Origin: Candidatus Latescibacterota bacterium
Lineage (GTDB): Bacteria; Latescibacterota; UBA2968; UBA8231
DNA length: 64,000 bases
Reading direction: 5' to 3'
Assembly (NCBI GenBank): GCA_965243025.1
Contig: CBDETY010000003.1
Span: 4,864,001-4,928,000, forward strand
Below the pieces are notes generated by a model. The model made no database searches and was not told where the DNA came from. It worked only from the letters and a program-made list of their open reading frames with translations. Position numbers and translations under genes: made by a program. The first letter of the stretch is position 1; the number at the start of each line of letters is the position of its first letter. Of this stretch, positions 19,044 through 28,376 are shown in pieces.

Positions 19044-20801
19044 CTATTCGGGATCAGCTTCTCCTTCGACGCGCACGGTGACGATGTCGGTGTCGTGGTA
19101 CTGCTGGTGGCGCACCGACGAGGCCACGTGCCGCAGCAGGCGCAGCGAAAGCTCGCGCTCGTCGGGGGCCTCTGCCCGTTCCCCGAGCAGGACCATCATG
19201 TCCTCGAGGTTCTCGTCGCCGATGGCGGCCACGAACTCCAGCTCCAGGGCGCTCGCGTCGCGGTTGGCGAACAGGAGCAGACGCCGCTTCTGCCCGGCCT
19301 CTTCCCCCTCCTCGGGCATCCCCAGGCTCAACAACGTCTCCTCTCCGGCCAGGCACAGGCGCTCCACGGCCATCGCGCTCCAGCCGAGGCGGCCGGCGCA
19401 CTCGCGCAGGAACGCCTCCACCCTGGGAACGGCGGCCCGGTCCAGCTCCATTTCGATGCGCCGCCGGCGCGGGCGGGTCAGCTCCATGAACAGGGTCAGC
19501 ACGATGGCGACAAGGCCGCCGGTGGTCATGCCGTTTCCCAGCAGGACCCCCCAGGTCTCGCCGAGGGAGTCGGCGAAAATCGCCTTGTTCTGGAACCCCG
19601 TCCCGATCCAGAACCCCAACCCGGCCACCGTTGCCTTGCGGTAATCGATGCCGTCCTGGACGACGATCCTCATCCCCTGAATGAAAAGAAGCGCCAGCAG
19701 CATGGTCAGGTAGGCGGCGGCCACCGGGTTGGGAATGGCCAGCGGCAGCGCCGTCAGCTTGGGCATGAACGCCAGGACCGCCAGGACGATGCCGATGTAT
19801 ACCCCGACGTTCCGGGAGGCCACCCCGGTCATCTCGGCCAGGGGAATGCTCGAGGAGTAGGTGGTGTTGGGCACCGTGCCGGCGACCCCGGAAAGCAGGT
19901 TGCCCACGCCGTCGGCGGCGACCGCTCCCTGCACGGTGCGGAAATCGACCGCCCGTTCGTTCCGCCAGGAAACCCGCTGAATGGCCACCGCGTCGCCGAT
20001 GGTCTCTATGGCCCCGACCAGGGTCACGAACACGAACGCCGGCAGCAGCGCCCAGAACGAGGCCCCCAGGCTCCATTCGAACCCCTGCCAGCCTCCGGCG
20101 GGTACCCCGACCCAGGGGGAGGAAGCGATACGCTCGACGTCGTAGAGGCCGAAAAGCGAGGCCACCCCGCAGCCGACGACGATGCCGACGACGGGGGACC
20201 ACAGGCGCCAGGTACCTGTTGCGCGCAGGCCCAGCGCCGCCACCGCGACCAGGGTGGCCGCGGCGGTAACCGGGGCCGCGGCCGGCGGCGTCCCCTCCGG
20301 GACGTCGGACAGCATGTCGAAGGCGATCGGCATGATGGTCACGGCGATCAGCATGATCACCGTGCCGGAGACGACCGGGGTGAGGATTCGCCGCAGCAGC
20401 GACAGCCGCGCCGACAGGGCGAACTGGAACAGCGACGAGACGATGACGAGGGTAGCGAGCAGCGCCGGGCCGCCCTCGACCAGTGCCGCCACGCAGACGG
20501 CGATGAAGGCGCCGGAGGTGCCCATGATGAGGACATGCCCGGAGCCGAAGCGGCCGAGGCGAACCGCCTGCAGGACGGTGGTGGTTCCGCTGACCACAAG
20601 GGCGGCGAAGATGGCCCAGGTCATGTAGGTCTCGTCCTGGTCCGCCGCCCGGATCACGATGGCCGGGGTCAGGACGATCCCGGCCAGGACGAGCATGGCC
20701 GCCTGAACTCCCATGCCTGCGGACAGCAGGTGCGGCGGACGCTCGTCGGGCTGATAACGGATCCCCGAATGGCTGGACCTGTCTCCTGAAGCCATGCTCA
20801 A
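19044..20801 (-). CDS. NCS2 (xanthine/uracil permease family) transporter with an extra C-terminal RsbW/HATPase-like domain
   Basis: NCS2 core (IETIGD, GAVAADG, PNTTYS...TGVASR) plus about 140 soluble C-terminal residues. Confidence 0.85.
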   Translation of the reverse strand: MSMASGDRSSHSGIRYQPDERPPHLLSAGMGVQAAMLVLAGIVLTPAIVIRAADQDETYMTWAIFAALVVSGTTTVLQAVRLGRFGSGHVLIMGTSGAFIAVCVAALVEGGPALLATLVIVSSLFQFALSARLSLLRRILTPVVSGTVIMLIAVTIMPIAFDMLSDVPEGTPPAAAPVTAAATLVAVAALGLRATGTWRLWSPVVGIVVGCGVASLFGLYDVERIASSPWVGVPAGGWQGFEWSLGASFWALLPAFVFVTLVGAIETIGDAVAIQRVSWRNERAVDFRTVQGAVAADGVGNLLSGVAGTVPNTTYSSSIPLAEMTGVASRNVGVYIGIVLAVLAFMPKLTALPLAIPNPVAAAYLTMLLALLFIQGMRIVVQDGIDYRKATVAGLGFWIGTGFQNKAIFADSLGETWGVLLGNGMTTGGLVAIVLTLFMELTRPRRRRIEMELDRAAVPRVEAFLRECAGRLGWSAMAVERLCLAGEETLLSLGMPEEGEEAGQKRRLLLFANRDASALELEFVAAIGDENLEDMMVLLGERAEAPDERELSLRLLRHVASSVRHQQYHDTDIVTVRVEGEADPE

Positions 20802-20829
20802 CGCACTCTGAAACCGGTCCGGCCCCGGA

Positions 20830-21996
<1,167 letters not shown>

Positions 21997-22002
21997 TTCC
22001 GT

Positions 22003-22806
22003 TCAGTCCCGCCTCAGCTCGCCGAACTCCGGCTTCGGCCCACCAGTTTGGCGATCCCACTGCCAGTGTTCGAGATACGGCTGCAGGGCGTCGAAGCCGA
22101 AAACCCGCCTCCCCTCCGCTCCTGCCCGTTCGAGAACCTCCGGCTCCACCATGCGGCACAGCTCGTACGGCCCCCGCGACCAGTTGCGCCGCCAGGGCGC
22201 GATCATCGCGTAGCGCCTTTTCGAGCTTCTGTTTCTGGAGCTTCCGTGCCAGATGTTGGCGTGGAACAGGATCGCCGATCCCCGCTCCGCTTCCACGATG
22301 CGGGCCTGTTCCGCGGCGTTCTCCGGAATTTCGATCGATTCGACCTTGTGGCTGCCCGGGACCAGCCGCGTGGCGCCGTTGGTTGCGGTGAACTCCCCGA
22401 CGCAGAAAATCGTGTTGATCGACATCGCGTGAGAGGTGATGCGCCGCCCCTCGTCCGCGGCTGCCTGCGACCGCGACCGCAGGTGGCCGGTAACCTCCCC
22501 GTCGGCATGCAGGCCCCCGCCCCCCTGGCCCGGTTCGATGACGGAACCGTGAACGGCGCACAGCACCGCGTCCCCGCCGAGAAAGTGACGGACCAGCCGC
22601 AACACGGAGGGGATCTGGTAGGCCCTTTCGAACACGCGCGCCTTGTTGAACACGCATTCGAGCCCCCCGCGGTTGCTGTCCTCAACCAGCCTCTCAAGTT
22701 CCACCGTGGCGGCATCGCATTCCTCGCTGGTCATCGCCGCCGGCAGAACCGTGTACCCCTCTGTTTTGACGTTTTCGCAATGACGGTCGAATTCAGCACC
22801 GGTCAT
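22003..22806 (-). CDS. PhyH-family dioxygenase
   Basis: LHAD, NGATRLVPGSH, IWHG. Confidence 0.88.
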   Translation of the reverse strand: MTGAEFDRHCENVKTEGYTVLPAAMTSEECDAATVELERLVEDSNRGGLECVFNKARVFERAYQIPSVLRLVRHFLGGDAVLCAVHGSVIEPGQGGGGLHADGEVTGHLRSRSQAAADEGRRITSHAMSINTIFCVGEFTATNGATRLVPGSHKVESIEIPENAAEQARIVEAERGSAILFHANIWHGSSRNRSSKRRYAMIAPWRRNWSRGPYELCRMVEPEVLERAGAEGRRVFGFDALQPYLEHWQWDRQTGGPKPEFGELRRD

Positions 22807-23090
22807 ACCGGATCTTCCTTGTTCAGCTGATTGCGGGCAGCCCTGAACTCATCCCGGGCTGCCCTTCCTTTTGGGACGGCAAGTATGCGCCGGCCGTATT
22901 TCAGGAGCAAACCTGTCGGGCCGAAACACCCCTGTCCACAGCAGCCGAAGATTTCACCAGGGCACAGGGGGTGGTTACCTCCGCGACCGTACCGCGGGTG
23001 CATCTGAATCGAACCGCTTGCCTGGCCGGTCTGCATCTGCGTACGTTTACATGCATGCGTTTACGCCAACCATGTCAGGGGAGTTTGCCC

Positions 23091-23357
23091 ATGGACCGCG
23101 TCCTTTCCGTCCGCGTGGACGAATCCGTTATCCACCGCCTCGACCAGCTCATGCGCAGGCTCGGTGGTACCAAAAAGGCCCTGATTGAAAAAGCGATTGC
23201 CCGCTACGCCGAGGAGGTCGAGTCTGAAACAGGAGAGTTCGACGTCTTCACGCAGACCTTCGGCGCCTGGGAACGCACTGAAAGCGTCATCGAAACAACC
23301 CAGCGCAGCCGCGTCAATCTCAGCGACTCCCTTTCTCACAGGGAGGCGGAAGAGTGA
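23091..23357 (+). CDS. Ribbon-helix-helix (CopG-like) antitoxin, VapB-type
   Basis: VLSVRVDES...LDQL...TKKALIEKAI; FGAW motif; GTGA overlap with the PIN gene. Confidence 0.8.
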   Translation: MDRVLSVRVDESVIHRLDQLMRRLGGTKKALIEKAIARYAEEVESETGEFDVFTQTFGAWERTESVIETTQRSRVNLSDSLSHREAEE

Positions 23358-23737
23358 GAGCCTACGTCGATTCCGAGATCCTCATCCGCCATTTACGCGG
23401 AAAGCGCAAGGCGTTGAAATTCCTGAGGAAACTGGCCTCAAACCCCGCCTATGAGCTGTGGATAAGCGCCCTCGACCGCAGTGAAATCCTCTCTTCCATG
23501 CACATGGGGGAAGAGCAAAACACCCTGCTTTTTCTCAGCGGCTTCAAAACCGCCCCGGTCGACCAGGTAATCGCCGACACCGCGGCCGGTCTGTACCGCC
23601 AGTGGAACCCGACCTACGGGATCGGCCTGGGGGCGGCCTTTCTCGCGGCCACTGCCATCCGCACGGGCGGCCGCATCTTCAGCCTAAACCAGATGAGGTA
23701 CCCGATGCCGGAGGTCTCTGTGGAAAAGGCATGGTAA
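23354..23737 (+). CDS. PIN-domain protein (VapC family), possibly catalytically impaired
   Basis: YVDSEILI...ISALDRSEIL...GLGAAFLAATA...SLN..YP. Confidence 0.8.
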   Translation: MRAYVDSEILIRHLRGKRKALKFLRKLASNPAYELWISALDRSEILSSMHMGEEQNTLLFLSGFKTAPVDQVIADTAAGLYRQWNPTYGIGLGAAFLAATAIRTGGRIFSLNQMRYPMPEVSVEKAW

Positions 23738-23802
23738 TCCACACGGGGGGGTGTGGATAAGTTCCCCTGTGCTTTCCAGAGTTTTCCACCGCTCTTTCCA
23801 CA
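23719..23802. promoter_or_regulatory. DnaA-box cluster
   Basis: TGTGGAAAA (23719) and TGTGGATAA (23752) match TTWTNCACA perfectly on the reverse strand; TAATCCACA (23735), TTTTCCACC (23782) and CTTTCCACA (23794) have one mismatch; CTTTCCAGA (23772) has two. Confidence 0.7.
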
Positions 23803-23884
23803 TCCCGCTGCATTTTCAGCCTGGAAACGTTCTCCAGACGTATACTTCTTTGTAAACGTTTTCACGCTGCCGTTGGCGTGCTTT

Positions 23885-24721
23885 TCAGGCGGCCGCCCAA
23901 TCTCCGACATGCCGGCGCAGCCACCCCCTCAGGGGAACGTCCTCCTCCGCCGGCGACGTGTACCCGTATCCCCCGTTTTTCGAATAACCCAACAGCTGCC
24001 TCCGGACCGGCTCGCACCGGTCGAACAGTCCCTCGACGCTCTGGTCGTCCCGCGGCCGCAGCCAGCGGTAGCTGTATCCATAGAACAGGACCTTGCGCGC
24101 AACTGCGGAAATGTTGGTGCTGGAGGCGTGCCAGATCCGGCGGTCGAACAGGACGGCTCCCCCTGCCGGCACCAGGATCGGCACTGCCCCGGCAGGGGCC
24201 GACCCGTCTGCCGGCCGCTCGAGCCCGTCCTGCAGGTGGCTTCCCGGAACCGCCCAGAAGTTCGCCCTCCCCGGCTCGCTGCAGTCGCTCAGGAAAAACG
24301 CCACCTTGATCGAGATCCGGGGGCGCGGGCTGACCTCGAGATCCCGGTTCAACTGGCCGCTGTCCTGGTGCCAGCCCAGGAAGTCGACCTCGGTCTTGCC
24401 GGGCTCGGACGGGCTGTACATCAGCACCGTGTGGTAGACCTGGATGTTCCACCCGAGAATCCCCCACACCTTCGGCAGGGTGGCGGGCCAGTCGACGAGA
24501 TCGAGAAACAGCGGGTCGCGCCACAGGACGTCGCGAATCGTGAAGCGCTCGCCCGCATCCTGCCCCCCGGAGCAGGCCTCGGCGACCATGCGGTCGAAGG
24601 CGCCGGTAATCCCGGCGAGCTGCGCGGCCGACATGACCTTCTCCAGCACGAAGTAGCCGTCCCGCTCGAACCGGGTCTGCTCCTCCTCGGTAAGGGTGTG
24701 CTGGAGACAGTCCGTGTTCAC
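23885..24721 (-). CDS. PhyH-family dioxygenase
   Basis: WHQD, VPGSH, IWHA; GTG start taken at VNTDCL. Confidence 0.88.
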   Translation of the reverse strand: MNTDCLQHTLTEEEQTRFERDGYFVLEKVMSAAQLAGITGAFDRMVAEACSGGQDAGERFTIRDVLWRDPLFLDLVDWPATLPKVWGILGWNIQVYHTVLMYSPSEPGKTEVDFLGWHQDSGQLNRDLEVSPRPRISIKVAFFLSDCSEPGRANFWAVPGSHLQDGLERPADGSAPAGAVPILVPAGGAVLFDRRIWHASSTNISAVARKVLFYGYSYRWLRPRDDQSVEGLFDRCEPVRRQLLGYSKNGGYGYTSPAEEDVPLRGWLRRHVGDWAAA

Positions 24722-24756
24722 GGTATTTCCCTGTCGTCGGGTCGTCCCGAGACGCG

Positions 24757-25329
24757 CTAACCGGCTATCGCACGCGGCCACAGCCAGCCGAAGACCGCGG
24801 CGGTCGCCAGGGCGTACAACAGGGCGTCGAACAGGTGCTTGACCTGTTGCGACCACGGCAGACCGAACCACACTGATTCGAGAACGCGGCCCCAGCCATA
24901 AGCCAGCCACGCCACCGTACCGGCGACGCGAAACACCTGCAGGAATTCCGCCCCCGGCGCCAGCACGCGTCCGCTCACGTAGGCGACGGCGATACTGGCG
25001 ACGACGAAGTACGCGAAGGTAGCGAGCATCTGTCCGGCCATCGCCGGATCCTTGTTCGGCAGCACGGTGAGGAATGCCACCGGACCTTCGGTGAATTTCC
25101 TCCGGTTCTCCGGTTCCCTGGCCGCATCCCGCGAGGGCATGTGGGGTATGTTGTATAGCCCGGGCGCCAGGTTCTGCTGCTGCAGAGCCTGGCGGGCGGC
25201 TTCTTCGTCGGGCAGCCCGGCGAACTCCGACCGGTGATGAGGCAACACCATCCAGACCAGGGCGCTGACGATCCAGACAAACGCTCCCGACAGCAGAATC
25301 GGCAGCCACAGCTCGGTCATTGTCACCAT
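24757..25329 (-). CDS. Hypothetical membrane protein (about 4 TM)
   Basis: Hydrophobic segments and a strong AGGAGG RBS; no recognised function. Confidence 0.75.
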   Translation of the reverse strand: MVTMTELWLPILLSGAFVWIVSALVWMVLPHHRSEFAGLPDEEAARQALQQQNLAPGLYNIPHMPSRDAAREPENRRKFTEGPVAFLTVLPNKDPAMAGQMLATFAYFVVASIAVAYVSGRVLAPGAEFLQVFRVAGTVAWLAYGWGRVLESVWFGLPWSQQVKHLFDALLYALATAAVFGWLWPRAIAG

Positions 25330-25584
25330 GGGACCTCCTCCTTTTTTACAATTTGGACGGGGCTTAGACCTTACACTACTTCACCCCTCGCTGCTAACCA
25401 TGCGCCGCCCCCGTTGTCCGCGCCGGGCGCCCGCGAGTCGAATCCTTCTCCCCGACCCGTTCCCCCCTTCCCCTGGCTCACCTTTCTCCCGGGCAAGCTT
25501 GAGAGCGAGCCCTTTGTTGCACATTTTGCTGCCGATTGTTCAGCCCTGCTTTCTCTCCCCCAAACCGGAAAGGGTCCATCAACC

Positions 25585-26661
25585 GTGAAGACCTATCGCG
25601 TCGGGGTTCTCGGCCTGGGACGTATGGGGTCCTACATCGACGATCAACAGTCCAGCCGGGACCTGCCGTATTCCATCGCCAACTCAACGGTGGCGAGCGA
25701 CCGCCTCGAACTGGCCGCCGGCTGCGACCTGCTCGCCGACAGGCGCAGCGGGTTTGCCGAGCGCCACAGGGTCCCCGTGTACGAGGATTACGCTGAAATG
25801 GTCAGGCAGGAAGCCCCCGACATCGTAGCCGTCTGCACGACGGCGACTGGCTTGCAGAAACCCGGCAACAGGGCGCCTGCGCCGGATTTCCGCGGCGACG
25901 CCCACGCCGACCTCACCGTGGCCCTGGCGGACCTCGGGGTCCCGATGCTCTTCGTCGAGAAAGCCGTCGCCTGCTCGATGCGGCGGTGCGACGAGTTGCG
26001 CGAGGCCGTGAAGCGCAACGGCACCTTGTTCAACTCGGGGGTTCTGCGGCGCTTCGACGTTCGTTACGACCCGGTTCGCGAGGCCGTTCTGAACGGGGAG
26101 ATCGGCGAACCTGTGGCCGTCGTCCACTACGCCCGGTCGAGCCTTCTGCACGGACACATCCATTCGATCGACACCCTTTCCTGGCTGATCGGCGACCCCG
26201 CCATTTCCCAGGTCCGGGGAGAACTCGAGCCGAGAGACCTGCCCATCGAGGACAGTTTCATTCCCCACGACCCCCTCGGTACCTATGAGCTGTTGTTCGA
26301 AAACGGGGTGCGCGGCTGGTCGATCCCCGCAGGAAACTGGCAGTTCGAGGTGCTGGGCACCGAGGGCATGGTCCGCTCGCTGGACAACGGCGCCGGGGCG
26401 GTGATGCGGCGGCAGGATGGTGAAGACCGCTATGGCTGGGAAGGATGTGAGCTGCCGGAGTTGCCGCCCAGGAGCGCCACGGTCTCCTGCCTGGAGGATC
26501 TCGTCGACGCATTCGAGAACTCCCGGCCGACGCGCGGCCACGTCGACGTCACCCACCACATCACCGAAGCCACCCTGGCGGTGGCGGAAAGCCATCGCCG
26601 CGGCGGCAGCTGGGTCGATCTGCCGATCGCCGATCGCGATCTCTACGTCTTCCACGTTTAG
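25585..26661 (+). CDS. Gfo/Idh/MocA-family oxidoreductase
   Basis: GLGRMG, PDIVAVCT, EKA motif, H..D; GTG start taken at VKTYRVG. Confidence 0.88.
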   Translation: MKTYRVGVLGLGRMGSYIDDQQSSRDLPYSIANSTVASDRLELAAGCDLLADRRSGFAERHRVPVYEDYAEMVRQEAPDIVAVCTTATGLQKPGNRAPAPDFRGDAHADLTVALADLGVPMLFVEKAVACSMRRCDELREAVKRNGTLFNSGVLRRFDVRYDPVREAVLNGEIGEPVAVVHYARSSLLHGHIHSIDTLSWLIGDPAISQVRGELEPRDLPIEDSFIPHDPLGTYELLFENGVRGWSIPAGNWQFEVLGTEGMVRSLDNGAGAVMRRQDGEDRYGWEGCELPELPPRSATVSCLEDLVDAFENSRPTRGHVDVTHHITEATLAVAESHRRGGSWVDLPIADRDLYVFHV

Positions 26662-26944
26662 CAGCCCGTTGGAAAAGTTGCTCTGCAGCCGAGGCCGAGC
26701 CATGGCGGTCGAAGACCTGGGGCAGAAAAACCCCGAAATCGAATCCGGCCCCTGCCTTGATTTATCTGCCCCGGCAAGCCGCGACCGAGTCGAATCGAGG
26801 GATTCGGCGAGGGAGCGCAACGCCGTCTGCGGAACGCTCTTTCGAGCGTTTCAGGCAACGGCAAAGCCGTTCCCAACACCAACCCGAAGGGTTCGCGGCC
26901 GTCGGGGCCGGCCCCAGCCCGGATGGACTTTTTTCAACGGGCTG
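26662..26944. mobile_element. MITE with intact terminal inverted repeats (IS5/IS1182-like ends)
   Basis: CAGCCCGTTGGAAAAGT ... ACTTTTTTCAACGGGCTG; flanked by TTAG and TCAG; internal hairpins; no transposase. Confidence 0.8.
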
Positions 26945-26974
26945 TCAGGGAACCCGGCAGACCGGTACCGGCTG

Positions 26975-28135
26975 TCAACCGTTCTGCAAGAAGGTCAGAA
27001 AGGGTTGGTAGCAGAAGCGACGATGGCGCCGCCGGCCGCTGATCTCGGTCAGCACTCCCAATCTTTCGAGCCTCGAGATCAGGTTGTTGGTGTTTGCGAA
27101 CGTGCGCCCCGTGATCTCCGAGGCCGACGCTACGCTTATCAAGGGCTGGGAAAACAGCGCGTCGAGCAGGGCCATCGCCGGACCGGCCGTTCCTCCGAGT
27201 TCCCTTCGCAGCAGCTCCCGATGCCCGGAGCGAAGCCGTATCAGCCAGTTCAGCAGCCTCCCGCCCTCCCCGGCCGCTTCGCGGATACTGCCGAGGAAGT
27301 AGCTGATCCACCCTTCCCAATCCCCATGCAGGCGCACCCGTTGCAGGCGCTCGAAGTGATCGCGGGGGTCGCGCCCGAAGATCGATGCAAGACCGATGAA
27401 TTGCGGCCAGAGCCCGCGCTCTCTTCCGAGGAAAAGCTGCACCGCGAGACGGGCGACCCTGCCATTGCCGTCCACGAAGGGATGGACGGTCTCCAGCTGA
27501 TAGTAGAGGAGCCCGGCGGCAACCAGCGGAGGCGTTGTGCGGTCCTGTTTCAGAAAACCCTCAAGCTCCTGCATCATCCGGGGAACCTCCCGGTGAGGCG
27601 GTGGGACGAAATGGGCATCCCGGGCTGTGCTGCCGGAAGGCCCGATCCATATCTCGGAGGAACGGTAGTTTCCAGGTGCTTCGTCCCTGCCTTCCAGTCC
27701 CCCGTAGAGCTCCTGATGCGCCTGCCGGAGCGTGACTGTGGAAACCCCGGTCTCGCCCGTTGCAGGCAGCAGGCGTTCGGCCGCATGGACGTAGTTGAGA
27801 GCTGCCCGAACCACCCCGCGCGGCGCTTGCAGGCCTTCAACTGCCGCTCCGTCCAGGGAATACCAGAGCAGGTCGGAAAGCGCCACCCGGTTGCCCTCGA
27901 GCCGGGCCGAAAGCACCGCTTCCTTCCGAAGTGCCAAGGCGGCATAGGGAGCGGCGTCGTCGAGATGGGCTGCCCGGCCGGAAATCCATCCCAGGGCCCG
28001 TTCCGCCTCCCCGAGCCGGTGCCAGAGCGACGGTCCGCCTCCTATACTGGGAGGAAGCGGATTCGGGATAAATACAATATGCCCGTCCTGCTGCCGCTCA
28101 ACGCGCCCGGCGCGGTCGCTCTCTGGTCTCTTCAT
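26975..28135 (-). CDS. Fic-family protein (class II, C-terminal HTH)
   Basis: HPFVDGNGRVAR Fic motif; N-terminal inhibitory SARLEGN motif. Confidence 0.92.
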   Translation of the reverse strand: MKRPESDRAGRVERQQDGHIVFIPNPLPPSIGGGPSLWHRLGEAERALGWISGRAAHLDDAAPYAALALRKEAVLSARLEGNRVALSDLLWYSLDGAAVEGLQAPRGVVRAALNYVHAAERLLPATGETGVSTVTLRQAHQELYGGLEGRDEAPGNYRSSEIWIGPSGSTARDAHFVPPPHREVPRMMQELEGFLKQDRTTPPLVAAGLLYYQLETVHPFVDGNGRVARLAVQLFLGRERGLWPQFIGLASIFGRDPRDHFERLQRVRLHGDWEGWISYFLGSIREAAGEGGRLLNWLIRLRSGHRELLRRELGGTAGPAMALLDALFSQPLISVASASEITGRTFANTNNLISRLERLGVLTEISGRRRHRRFCYQPFLTFLQNG

Positions 28136-28376
28136 TTTTCAGACAATTTATTACTGAAAGTCTTTTGAAACAATAATTTGTTTTCCGCGCACCGTCCTTC
28201 CTAACCGGGATTACCCAACACTTGACCAGGAATGAGGCAAGCCGGAAAACCGACCGGTCTCCTGACAATTTTCAACATTTCAACATGAATTGTGGAAAAA
28301 TTCGGTTGATTACTACGCACATTGAACTCACCTTGATCTGTTGTTTTTCTAAAATATCGAAAACAGGAGGAATTTA

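Noticed and set aside
26975-28135. Fic protein as a FicT-type gyrase toxin linked to the unusual gyrase
   Set aside because: It is a class II auto-inhibited Fic protein with no FicA partner, lies 10 kb from gyrA, and the GyrB target Tyr region is canonical.
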